Source of the DNA: Macrostomum hystrix
Lineage: Eukaryota > Animalia > Platyhelminthes
DNA length: 64,000 nucleotides
Assembly (NCBI GenBank): GCA_950097015.1
Contig: CATNEN010000003.1
Span: 15,624,001-15,688,000 of the forward strand
Direction: 5' to 3'
Below the pieces are notes generated by a model, which was given only the letters and a program-made list of their open reading frames with translations, was not told the DNA's origin and made no database searches. The translations under genes were made by a program, and so were the position numbers. Of the stretch, positions 42,098 through 54,468 are shown in pieces; within the stretch, counting starts at the first letter, position 1; each line of letters opens with the position of its first letter.

Positions 42098-42470
42098 GTG
42101 ATAGTAGAGTGAGACAGAGAGATAGTAGAGTGAGACAGAGAGATAGTAGAGTGAGACAGAGAGATAGTAGAGTGAGACAGAGAGATAGTAGAGTGAGATA
42201 GAGAGATAGTAGAGTGAGATAGAGAGATAGTAGAGTGAGATAAGAGATAGTAGAGTGAGACAGAGAGATAGAAGAGTGAGACAGAGAGATAGTAGAGTGA
42301 GATAGAGAGATACGAGCTAGTAGAGTGAGATAGAGAGATAGTAGAGTGAGACAGAGAGATAGTAGAGTGAGACAGAGAGATAGTAGAGTGAGACAGAGAG
42401 ATAGTAGAGTGAGACTTTTAGATGAGACAGAGAGATAGTAGAGTGAGACTTTTAGATGAGACTGAGAGAC
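42098..42470 (+). repeat. 21-bp intronic minisatellite
   Basis: (gatagtagagtgagacagaga)n. Confidence 0.9.
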
Positions 42471-43725
42471 GGTGAGAGCATTTTGTCATACTCGTATGGT
42501 ATGACAGAGCCAAATAGATAAGTTTCAGAGAAATAGAGGTGAAACACATAAATAAAAGCAGAAAAATAATGACGTATAGGCAGAAAGGTAGAAGACATAG
42601 TTTGAGATATACGTGTACAGTTGCAAAATGTTACGGCACTATAATTATGACTACAAGAGTGGTGATTTTCAGATTCTAATTTTTAAGGAATCGTAAATTT
42701 TTTTGACAAACCGTGCCATCTCCGTGCGTACTTTTTTAAGGCTGAAAAGGATTGAAATTGCAAATCTATCAAAAACGTATTTATTGATAAACTGCCTGGG
42801 TTTTCGATTCAAAGTACATTTAATATAGGACGTTTCAGTCCAAAAATTACTTTACAAAGTAAATTAGTAATTATAAATTAGTCAGGGTCAGTCACGTGAT
42901 TAGATTAGTTGGAGTTTCCCCAGAATGATCAGTTTCTAAAAATAGAAGCAACTTGACCTTCACACCGACCAATCAAACTAAATTGTGTCACTTGAATGCT
43001 ATAGGTACCGTGCGAATTATATGAGCATAGCAAAAGTACATTTGGTTCAATAATCTATAAGTCTAGCGCAGTTAACAAAAATAAGTACCATTAGTTATCC
43101 TACTATTTGTGCCATACGAGCGTACAATAGAACAAGCCATAACTATATTCTCATTCTTCTTCTTCCGGGTCGAGTAATTGTCCCTCTCGACAGGAAAATA
43201 CGTGTTCATGCATTTACTGCTGCTTTTATAATAGAATGTTGCGGATCTTGGATTCAGCTAGGCGCATCATTTCCTATCGGCTCAACGCAGTGTGGTAAAG
43301 GTGATTTACCTGAATGTACACTTCTCTCTCTCTCTCTCTCTCTCATTGCGTTTGTCACGCGTGAAAAGCTAGCATCTTACAACTTTCCTGCCTAGTTTCC
43401 ATTCTATAGAAGCTTCAGATGCTACTCTGTGTCTCCGCTTCTGTTTCTCACCGCTACTATTTAAGTACACTGTAATATTATAGATTAGCATAGCTACTCG
43501 TAAATCAACTCAAACTGGCTGCTCAGGAAGTATGCTTTTCATCGCTTGAAAAAATCAATAGTCTTTCGCGATTTGAAAGATAAGATAGAGCCAGGTTTTC
43601 ATATTGATAGTCAGCTAAGCATCTGGTTACTACGCTTGTTTGCTCTATTACAATGTACTTTAAAATCAAAATAGTTTTCAAGTGTGTGTAGGTGCTACTG
43701 TTGAAGTTAAAAGATGAGAGTGACA

Positions 43726-44085
43726 GGCGGTGAGTGGCAGAGCGGTCTCTGCCGCGTTTGCCTCTCGCACCAAGGTCCCTGAGTTCGATTCCGTAGCGAG
43801 GCCACATTTGTTTGGGGCCCAGACGCGGAGAGAAGGCTTTGGGGGCTTGTCGTGAAATTTACGGCCTTGAGGGCCAACCTCCAAGGCACAGTGAAGTGTA
43901 CACTGCCCGACGATGAGAAAGTCACGGGAGACGTACACACCTGTGTTAGTGTGTGCCTGCGTGTGTGCTCAGGAGTCAGTAAAATGGGCAGAATTTCATC
44001 CTCGCTGGCTGCGGGTCTAGTGTCACCGAATGATGTGCCATTGCCCGCAGCCCTCCTGCAATATACGAGTATATTTATATTATAT
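43726..44085 (+). mobile_element. tRNA-derived SINE in the GPCR intron
   Basis: A box TGGCAGAGCGG (43735), B box GAGTTCGATTCC (43781), AT-rich tail, closely similar to the inverted copy at 49778-50124. Confidence 0.8.
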
Positions 44086-44104
44086 GATAGTGGTAGTGAT
44101 TATG

Positions 44105-44950
44105 AGAGAGGATAGTGACAGATAAGAGATGGTAGTGACAGATAAGAGAGGATAGTGACAGATAAGAGAGGATAGTGACAGATAAGAGATGGTAGTGACA
44201 GATAAGAGAGGATAGTGACAGATAAGAGAGGATAGTGACAGATAAGAGATGGTAGTGACAGATAAGAGAGGATAGTGACAGATAAGAGAGGATAGTGACA
44301 GATAAGAGAGGATAGAGACAGATAAGAGAGGATAGTGACAGATTAGAGATGATAGAGACAGATAAGAGATGGTAGTGACAGATAAGAGAGAATGGTGACA
44401 GATAAGAGAGGATAGAGACAGATAAGAGAGGATAGTGACAGATAAGAGATAAAAGAGACAGATAAGAGATGGTAGTGACAGATAAGAGATGGTAGTGACA
44501 GATAAGAGAGGATAGTGACAGATAAGAGAGGATAGTGACAGATAAGAGATGGTAGTGACAGATAAGAGAGGATAGAGACAGATAAGAGAGGATAGTGACA
44601 GATAAGAGAGGATAGTGACAGATAAGAGAGGATAGAGACAGATAAGAGAGGATAGTGACAGATTAGAGATGATAGAGACAGATAAGAGATGGTAGTGACA
44701 GATAAGAGAGAATGGTGACAGATAAGAGAGGATAGAGACAGATAAGAGAGGATAGTGACAGATAAGAGATAAAAGAGACAGATAAGAGATGGTAGTGACA
44801 GATAAGAGATGGTAGTGACAGATAAGAGATGATAGTGACAGATGAGAGATGATAGTGACAGATAAGAGATGGTAGTGACAGATAAGAGAGGATAGTGACA
44901 GATAAAAGAGGATAGTGACAGATAAGAGATGCTAGCGAAAGATTAGAGAT
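44105..44950 (+). repeat. 20-bp intronic minisatellite
   Basis: (gataagagaggatagtgaca)n. Confidence 0.95.
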
Positions 44951-45895
44951 AACTGTAAAATCTAACTTCTCTAATTTTTTTTCGACAAGAAACTTAGTCT
45001 AGAATAAAAGAATTTTGTACATTAAAACATCATCGAGTCGGGAAGTATAGAGTTTTGTTTCTGTATGCAACGACTAAATGCACACAATAAGGCTTGTAAA
45101 GCTTCGTTTCATGAAAAAAAACAATTCTAAAAATATGAAGCATAGATCGTGAATACTCTTATAATCCTACGCCTACAGCGTTCATTGTTGTGAAGATTTT
45201 AATGAAACTAAAGTAGAGCTGCCTTTGAATGGAGCTCAAAATGTGCAGACAAAAGGTATAATAAAAACAGACAGTCTGATAGATAAAAATAAACTGACAA
45301 AAACATTTTCTGAGTTTGTATTTCACAATCTCAGTAAAAACTGACATAAAAGGATTAGAAAAAGCTGAGTACTTTTGACTTTATAGATTTGAAAAAATCT
45401 TTATTTACCAGAAATTTTGCAACTACCCGACATGTATCGAAAAAACCTATATGTACTGGATCTACGCGATATGTATCGAAACTGACTGATACGTATCGAA
45501 ACAAACCGATATGTATCGAAATTACTCGAAACTGCAAGCTTTCGGTGATGGAAAAATACAAGTAAACTATAAATAGAACAAATGATGCATTGCGATGCTT
45601 CAATTAGCAACTGGTTTTGTTAATCTGCAAATTTTTGGCCTCTTTAATCCCAAATACAAAGGACTAATTACTGTGGTGACATCGAGATTTTTTTCTTAGA
45701 TGAAGATTAACAAATTAAATTAGCTAGTTAGCCCAAAGATTTTACCACAAAAAGTGCTGAGGCTTCTTCGAGAAATAACAATCTAATTATAAAATATCTT
45801 GTGATTGCAGATTTTTACCGCTAATTAAGTAGGCTAAAAACGTTTTTTGACATGTGTAACAATAAACCCATGGCGTTCTAGACAGTATAATTATC

Positions 45896-47141
45896 TGTTA
45901 GACACAATTAGCCACATGTTAGACATCATCAGTCACCTGTTAGACATCATCAGTCACCTGTTAGACATCTTCAGTCACCTGTTAGACACCATCAGTCACC
46001 TGTTAGACAGCATCAGTCACCTGTTAGACAGCATCAGTCACCTGTTAGACATCATCAGTCACCTGTTAGACACCATCAGTCACTTGATAGACATCATCAG
46101 TCACCTGTTAGACAGCATCAGTCACTTGTTAGACACCATCAGTCACCTGTTAGACAGCATCAGTCACCTGTTAGACATCATCAGTCACCTGTTAGACACC
46201 ATCAGTCACTTGATAGACATCATCAGTCACCTGTTAGACAGCATCAGTCACTTGTTAGACACCATCAGTCACCTGTTAGACAGCATCAGTCACCTGTTAG
46301 ACATCATCAGTCACCTGTTAGACATCATCAGTCACCTGTTAGACACCATCAGTCACTTGTTAGACATCATCAGTCACCTGTAAGACACCATCAGTCACTT
46401 GTTAGACACCATCAGTCACCTGTTAGACAGCATCAGTCACCTGTTAGACATCATCAGTCACCTGTTAGACAGCATCAGTCACCTGTTAGACACCAGCAGT
46501 CACCTGTTAGACAGCATCAGTCACCTGTTAGACATCATCAGTCACCTGTTAGACAGCATCAGTCACCTGTTAGACATCATCAGTCACCTGTTAGACACCA
46601 TCAGTCACTTGTTAGACATCATCAGTCACCTGTAAGACACCATCAGTCACTTGTTAGACACCATCAGTCACCTGTTAGACAGCATCAGTCACCTGTTAGA
46701 CATCATCAGTCACCTGTTAGACATCATCAGTCACCTGTTAGACACCATCAGTCACTTGTTAGACATCATCAGTCACCTGTAAGACACCATCAGTCACTTT
46801 TTAGACACCATCAGTCACCTGTTAGACAGCATCAGTCACCTGTTAGACATCATCAGTCACCTGTTAGACAGCATCAGTCACCTGTTAGACACCATCAGTC
46901 ACCTGTTAGACAGCATCAGTCACCTGTTAGACATCTTCAGTCACCTGTTAGACACCATTAGTCACTTGTTAGACAGCAACAGTCACCTGTTAGACATCTT
47001 CAGTCACCTATTAGACACCATTAGTCACCTGTTAGACAGCATCAGTCACCTGTTAGACACCATCAGTCACCTGTTAGACATCATCAGTCACCTGTTAGAC
47101 ATCATCAGTCACCTGTTAGACAGCATCAGTCACCTGTTAGA
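45896..47141 (+). repeat. 21-bp intronic minisatellite, ~59 copies
   Basis: (gttagacatcatcagtcacct)n. Confidence 0.95.
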
Positions 47142-47744
47142 TTCGAAAAGTCTCTTCTTAGACAGAAGCAGTTAAACAATTTTTATAAAGTATCTTTAGA
47201 AGGCGAACTTTGCATTTAATCTAAAAATATGCATACTGAAATGTAAATTAGAATGAGCTGTAGACAATTTGAAGTGTCATAAGTTAGCACTTATCTGACC
47301 ACTCACTAGAGCGCCAAGCCCAAACCCAAAGTTTTCCCCAAAAATGGGAGTTCATTACTATTTATATGAATCCTTCGTACAGGAAGCTATATAATGCTAG
47401 CAGCAGGGACACCCTTAGGTACCAGTAGCCGACAACAATTTATAAATAGTAATCATATTGGGAAGCTACACGTACTAGTGGGTGAGAGAGGCGGGGAGAG
47501 AGAGGGGAAGAGAGGATAATAATTTAAAACATCATCGAGTCGGGAAGTAAAGAGTTTTTTTTCTCTATGCAAATGACACTCCAAAATTGTTTCTACGTGG
47601 AAGATCTAGATGCAAATGTGCGAATCGACTAGTGCAAAACGGTTTGGACAAACCGATTGGGATAAATTTCTGTATTTAGAAAATTTGATTCCCCTTTAAG
47701 CAGCCGGCCTTCGAAATAATTGATATATTTCCACGAAATAAAGG

Positions 47745-48900
47745 GATCGTCGGTCATCGATTGTTTATGATAGGATCGTCGATTGATTAGGATGGGATCG
47801 ACGATTGATTAGGATGGGATCGTCGATTGTTTAGGATGGGATCGTCGATTGTTTAGGATGGGATCGTCGATTGCTTAGGATGGGATCGTCGATTGTTTAG
47901 GATGGGATCGTCGATTGTTTAGGATAGGATCGTCGATTGTTTAGGATGGGATCGTCGATTGTTTAGGATGGGATCGTCGATTGTTTAGGATGGGATCGTC
48001 GATTGTTTAGGATGGGATCGTCGATTGTTTAGGATGGGATCGTCGATTGTTTAGGATGGGATCGTCGATTGTTTAGGATGGGATCGTCGATTGTTTAGGA
48101 TGGGATCGTCGATTGTTTAGGATGGGATCGTCGATTGTTTAGGATGGGATCGTCGATTGTTTAGGATGGGATCGTCGATTGTTTAGGATGGGATCGTCGA
48201 TTGTTTAGGATGGGATCGTCGATTGTTTAGGATGGGATCGTCGATTGTTTAGGATGGGATCGTCGATTGTTTAGGATGGGATCGTCGATTGTTTAGGATG
48301 GGATCGTCGATTGTTTAGGATGGGATCGTCGATTGTTTAGGATAGGATCGTCGATTGTTTAGGATGGGATCGTCGATTGTTTAGGATGGGATCGTCGATT
48401 GATTAGGATGGGATCGTCGATTGTTTAGGATGGGATCGACGATTGTTTAGGATGGGATCGTCGATTGTTTAGGATAGGATCGTCGATTGTTTAGGATGGG
48501 ATCGTCGATTGTTTAGGATGGGATCGTCGATTGTTTAGGATGGGATCGTCGATTGTTTAGGATAGGATCGTCGATTGTTTAGGATGGGATCGTCGATTGT
48601 TTAGGATGGGATCGTCGATTGTTTAGGATGGGATCGTCGATTCTTAGGATGGGATCGTCATTGTTTAGGATGGGATCGTCGATTGATTAGGATGGGATCG
48701 TCGATTGTTTAGGATGGGATCGTCGATTGTTTAGGATGGGATCGTCGATTGTTTAGGATGGGATCGTCGATTGTTTAGGATGGGATCGTCGATTGATTAG
48801 GATAGGATCGTCGATTTTTTAGGATGGGATCGTCGATTGTTTAGGATGGGATCGTCGATTGTTTATGATGGGATCGTCGATTTTTTAGTATGGGATTGTT
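47745..48900 (+). repeat. 22-bp intronic minisatellite, ~52 copies
   Basis: (ggatgggatcgtcgattgttta)n. Confidence 0.95.
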
Positions 48901-48997
48901 GACCCTTCAATCTTGGACTTATTATATATACATTTAATAGATTTTTGCTACTGAGACAGAATTGTTAGACTCTCGCACACTGAACTATCCATCCCAG

Positions 48998-49357
48998 TTT
49001 CGAGTGCTGATCAACTCGCTGTTCAACGGTTCCGATTGCCGTCGAGACCTGTCAGTGGTCCACCTGGCCTCCATCAACCAGATCCTGGATCCCTGGCTCT
49101 ACATCCTGCTGCGCCGAAGCAATTTTCTGCGCCTCTGGCAGCTCATGAAACGCGCCGGTGCGTTCTGCGGTTGCCATGGCAACGAGTTTGACAACAACGC
49201 GATTGCCGCAGAGGAGGCTAGACGTCGAACTCGAACGCCGCAGCATCTGACGGCCGCTTGCAGGCGACACCTGCTGCCACAGCAGTCGAATATGGCGGAA
49301 CCTCCGCCACCCACAGCTGCCGATGATCAAGCAGAGCTGCCACTCGACGAGTTTCAG

Positions 49358-49394
<37 letters not shown>

Positions 49395-49690
49395 CTTTAC
49401 ATAATCGAAAAGCATGCTGCAACTGCAGCTGCCACACAAGAAAAAGAACCCAGAAATCTACCAAACAGCAGCAGCAGCAGCAGCAGCAGTCGGCATGTCA
49501 GCAGAGATGCCGCAGTCTTCCTGACTTGGATCGTCGAGGTAATTTTTGTCGCCGACGTAGGCTATTGCTGAAAGACAACAACAATGCTGGTCAAGATGGA
49601 AGCAGCAGCGGCAGCGGCAGCGAATTCGATGACGGCTGCGCGTTTGACTGCGGCGACGAGTCGATTAAGCTGAATCGGAGCCATCGCTGA
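48998..49690 (+). CDS. Prostanoid GPCR exon 2 (TM7 plus poly-Q tail); joined protein ~547 aa
   Basis: Acceptor ccatcccag|TTT in frame, DLSVVHLASINQILDPWLYILLRR. The intron position at the end of TM6 is the one conserved in prostanoid receptor genes. Confidence 0.9.
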
Positions 49691-49777
49691 CTGGGGATCT
49701 TAAAAATCTCTTAAAAACGCAAATATTTTTACGAGAACTTTTTTAAATAGATTTTTACAGACTTTAGGCCAGTGTCT

Positions 49778-50124
49778 TATAATAAAAATAATTATATTTG
49801 CAGGAGGGCTGCGGGCAATGGCACATCATTTGGTGACACTAGACCCGCAGCCAGCGATGAGGCATTTCTGCCCATTTTGCTGACTCCTGAGCACACACGC
49901 ACACAAGTGTGTACATCTGCCCTGACTTTCTCATCGTCAGGCAGTGTACATTTCACTGTGCCTTGGAGGTTGGCCCTCAAAGGCGTGAATTGCACGACAA
50001 GCCCCCAAGCCTTCTCTCCGCGTCTGGGCCCCAAAAAAATATGGCCTCGCCACGGAATCGAGCTCAGGGACCTTGGCGCGAGAGGCAACCGCGTTAACCG
50101 CTCTGCCACCGACCCCCAGCCGCC
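49778..50124 (-). mobile_element. Second copy of the tRNA-derived SINE, downstream of the GPCR stop
   Basis: Reverse complement of 43726-44085 with A and B boxes. Confidence 0.8.
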
Positions 50125-51344
50125 AGTAACAATAAGTAACTCCAGGACTTAAGGGATTTTTCACTTTTTGATTCTCAAATGAATGTAGAGATTTATGAGA
50201 AACTTAAAGCTCGCAGTGAGCAGTGATGTTAAAAAGTAAATCGGAACATTTGGTGTGATTTCCAGGAATTGATAAGAATTGTTTCTAAGAAATTCGGATA
50301 GGATTTCTAAAATATAATAAACAAAATGGAATAAAATATTCTAAATATGTAGGATTTCAAGATAATAAGATGCTAGCAAATTTGTATTTATTATGACATA
50401 CTGGATTTCTACGAGAATGGATTAAAAAAAGCATTAACATTAGAAAGATCACGTTCATATTTCGTATACCAAAGGCCTACTTCATGAGAGCTCCCATATG
50501 GAGTGACCGATTTTTGCGCACAAAAAATGGTTTCATGATGACGTTTTGTGAGCAGAAAAATCATGCCTATATTTAGTTTTGAGTTGACTAAAACAGAGAT
50601 TTGCATTTGCAGGTAAGGATAGGTCGATGCTTTTCGGATTTCTAATAAAACTGAAACGTCTGACGTTTCAACGATGTTCCAATAAAAAACTCCAACGAGA
50701 AAACAGCGATCGCAAAAGGACATTCGCACGTTAGATAACTAAAAGTACATTTCGGATGCAGCGAACCCATCGCTGCAACAAAATGTCGAGTGAATTGATT
50801 AGCCGATTTCATGCAAAGTGGGCATTTATCAAACACGCGCTTGGAGATTTGACGATGCGAATACGGAAATATTTTAAATTTTGTTTCCAAAATGCATTAA
50901 TCATCAAAGTTGAATTGCTCGAAAATTTCTGGCGAATTTCGCTTTTTGAAGTGAATTCAAGTTTTTGGTTTGTTAAAATGATTATAGATTTTAAGTACAC
51001 AGATTCTCTCAATTGCTACTATACGAGCTATCGTCCCAGATATTGTTATGAAAACGAAAGATGAAAACACTTGTGCATAGGCTATGAAATCTGTTAACCT
51101 CACTATTCAAATATATTACGTCCAAACAATGTTTATTAATTTTTGAGAGAATCTTCACCATTCCGACTTGTCTTGGAATTTTGGTGTCAACAAAAAACTC
51201 GACTTCCAAATCAGTTTTTATACTCTATTTTTGCGAATTAACTAAGCATATTCGATCTAAAAACATCATTCAGTACACTAGCAATCAACACATGACACTT
51301 AATGATACATGTTATCAGCAATGCCCTTTAGTCATCAGCGCGTG

Positions 51345-52365
51345 GTCCTTTAGGACACCTGTCATCAACAAACTGTCCTTTAGGACACCTGCCATCAACA
51401 AACTGTCCATTAGGACACCTGTCATCAACAAACTGTCCTTTAGGACACCTGCCATCAACAAACTGTCCTTTAGGACACCTGTCATCAACAAACTGTCCTT
51501 TAGGACACCTGCCATCAACAAATTGTCCTTTAGGACACCTGTCATCAACAAATTGTCCTTTAGGACACCTGTCATCAACAAATTGTCCTTTAGGACACCT
51601 GTCATCAACAAATTGTCCTTTAGGACACCTGTCATCAACAAATTGTCCTTTAGGACACCTGTCATCAACAAATTGTCCTTTAGGACACCTGTCATCAACA
51701 AACTGTCCTTTAGGACACCTGTCATCAACAAATTGTCCTTTAGGACACCTGTCATCAACAAATTGTCCTTTAGGACACCTGTCATCAACAAACTGTCCTT
51801 TAGGACACCTGCCATCAACAAACTGTCCTTTAGGACACCTGCCATCAACAAATTGTCCTTTAGGACACCTGTCATCAACAAATTGTCCTTTAGGACACCT
51901 GTCATCAACAAACTGTCCTTTAGGACACCTGTCATCAACAAATTGTCCTTTAGGACACCTGTCATCAACAAACTGTCCTTTAGGACACCTGTCATCAACA
52001 AACTGTCCTTTAGGACACCTGTCATCAACGAATTGTCCTTTAGGACACCTGTCATCAACAAATTGTCCTTTAGGACACCTGTCATCAACAAACTGTCCTT
52101 TAGGACACCTGTCATAAACGAATTGTCCTTTAGGACACCTGTCATCAACGAATTGTCCTTTAGGACACCTGTCATCAACAAACTGTCCTTTAGGACACCT
52201 GTCATCAACAAACTGTCCTTTAGGACACCTGTCATCAACAAATTGTCCTTTAGTACACCAGCCATCAACAAATTGTCCTTTAGGACACCTGTCATCAACA
52301 AATTGTCCTTTAGTACACCAGCCATCAACAAATTGTCCTTTAGGACACCTGTCATCAACAAATTG
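51345..52365 (+). repeat. 30-bp minisatellite, ~34 copies, with an internal palindrome
   Basis: (gtcatcaacaaa[c/t]tgtcctttaggacacct)n. Confidence 0.97.
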
Positions 52366-52769
52366 AGCAGGCAAAAAACAGTAACTCATTTTGTTTCATG
52401 TTGAGTTTCCTTTGCTTTTAACACTCATGTCATGCTTAATAATTAACATCTGAATAATAACCATGGCAGAACAGGCAGTAGGTTTAGCGTTAAGAATTTA
52501 AACACCTGGCAAAAATCCCAATTCATCAGTAATTTCTCAATCCTATCTTCGATTTTGAGCTGTTCATAAAACAGCTACGAAACGCGTTTCATTCATAAAA
52601 TGCTAATTAATATTGCACGACCTAGTTATACCTTCATTGGCCTCGTTAATACCGCTTCGTGTGGAACACTATATTTTTAATTACGCCAATAAATACACTT
52701 GGACTAAAGGGTTTAAAATGTACTTTTAAAATATGTAACGACTCTAGTATTAAATTAGATAAGTGTTGA

Positions 52770-53645
52770 TTGAGTCATTCAGAAATCTATGATTCACTGA
52801 GTCATTTAGAAATCCATGGTTCATTGAGTCATTCAGCAATCTATGGTTCATTGAGTCATTCAGCAATCTATGGTTCATTGAGTGATTCAGCAATCTATGG
52901 TTCATTGAGTCATTCAGAAATCTATGGTTCATTGAGTCATTCAGAAACCTATGGTTCATTGAGTCATTCAGAAATCTATGGTTCATTGAGTCATTTAGAA
53001 ACCTATGGTTCATTGAGTGATTCAGCAATCTATGGTTCATTGAGTCATTCAGAAACCTATGGTTCATTGAGTCATTCAGAAATCTATGGTTCATTGAGTC
53101 ATTTAGAAACCTATGGTTCATTGAGTGATTCAGCAATCTATGGTTCATTGAGTCATTCAGAAATCTATGGTTCATTGAGTCATTCAGAAATCTATGGTTC
53201 ATTGAGTCATTCAGAAATCTATGGTTCATTGAGTCATTCAGAAATCTATGGTTCATTGAGTCATTCAGAAATCTATGGTTCATTGAGTCATTTAGAAATC
53301 CATGGTTCATTGAGTCATTCAGCAATCTATGGTTCATTGAGTCATTCAGAAACCTATGATTCATTGAGTCATTCAGCAATCTATGGTTCATTGAGTCATT
53401 CAGAAACCTATGGTTCATTGAGTCATTCAGAAACCTATGATTCATTGAGTCATTCAGCAATCTATGGTTCATTGAGTCATTCAGAAACCTATGGTTCATT
53501 GAGTGATTCAGCAATCTATGGTTCATTGAGTCATTCAGAAATCTATGGTTCATTGAGTCATTCAGAAACCTATGATTCATTGAGTCATTTAGAAATCCAT
53601 GGTTCATTGAGTCATTTAGAAATCTATGATTCATTCGGTCATTCA
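52770..53645 (+). repeat. 27-bp minisatellite, ~32 copies
   Basis: (tgagtcattcagaaatctatggttcat)n. Confidence 0.97.
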
Positions 53646-53990
53646 CGTGATTTTATGCGTTCTTTCTAAGTTCAACAAGATTTAGTTCGTTGATGAGGAA
53701 TACAATTTCACCAGATAAAACAAGTAGAAAACAAACAATAAAAAGTAAATCTATTTTTTTGTCGTTTTTATAACCAACCTTAAAAGCAAAATTATTATTT
53801 ATATTTTTAACTCGGGTGAATTTGTCAAAAAACAGAACAATTTACATGAATGGCGACAAATGCTTAGATATTGAATATTGATGTGTGTTCTGTGATTTCT
53901 TATTTAACTTGATAAACAAGTAATTTTAACAAAATATAAATTGTTACAAACTAAAGCATTGTATCTTTTAAATCACGTCTTGCAGAAATG

Positions 53991-54220
53991 GCGGATATTG
54001 AAAGTTGCAGGGAGCGAAAAGGGCGGATATTGAATGTTGCAGGGAGCGGAAAGGGCGGATTTTGAATGTTGCAGGGAGCGGAAAGGGCGGATTTCGAATG
54101 TTGCAGGGAGCGAAAAGGGCGTATTTTGAATGTTGCAGGGAGCGGAAAGGGCGGATTTTGAATGTTGCAGGGAGCGGAAAGGGCGGATTTTTAATGTTGC
54201 AGGGAGCGGAAAGGGCAGAA
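53991..54220 (+). repeat. 32-bp minisatellite, ~7 copies
   Basis: (gggcggattttgaatgttgcagggagcggaaa)n. Confidence 0.9.
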
Positions 54221-54468
54221 TTGTAAAATTGAACATTTTGGTCAGCGGATGCAATGAGGAAGTGCTATTATGGCAGCCAGATATTTTTTTAGTCATTGAA
54301 ATACAATAAAACAGAAAAATGACATTATTTATTTATTAATAATAGTTTATAACGATCAAAGCACACTACTCATTAGTCAAAGGAAAAGTAGTACTATCGA
54401 CAAACTATTAAATTGAGTTGCAAGGCCAGAAATAAATAGGGGAATTTGTACACATAAAAAGCTAGACA

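Noticed and set aside
45022-47572. ~47-bp direct repeat (aaaacatcatcgagtcgggaagt..) at 45022 and 47526
   Set aside because: Probably fragments of a dispersed repeat; no TSD, TIR or LTR structure could be established
49920-49945. Hammerhead-like CTGACGA..GAAA in the SINE (minus strand)
   Set aside because: Only 3 nt between the core motifs, so no stem II, and the other copy has CCGACGA
51181-53669. Long ORFs on both strands and CRISPR-like palindromic 30-bp repeats
   Set aside because: Head-to-tail tandem units without unique spacers, no cas genes and a eukaryotic context
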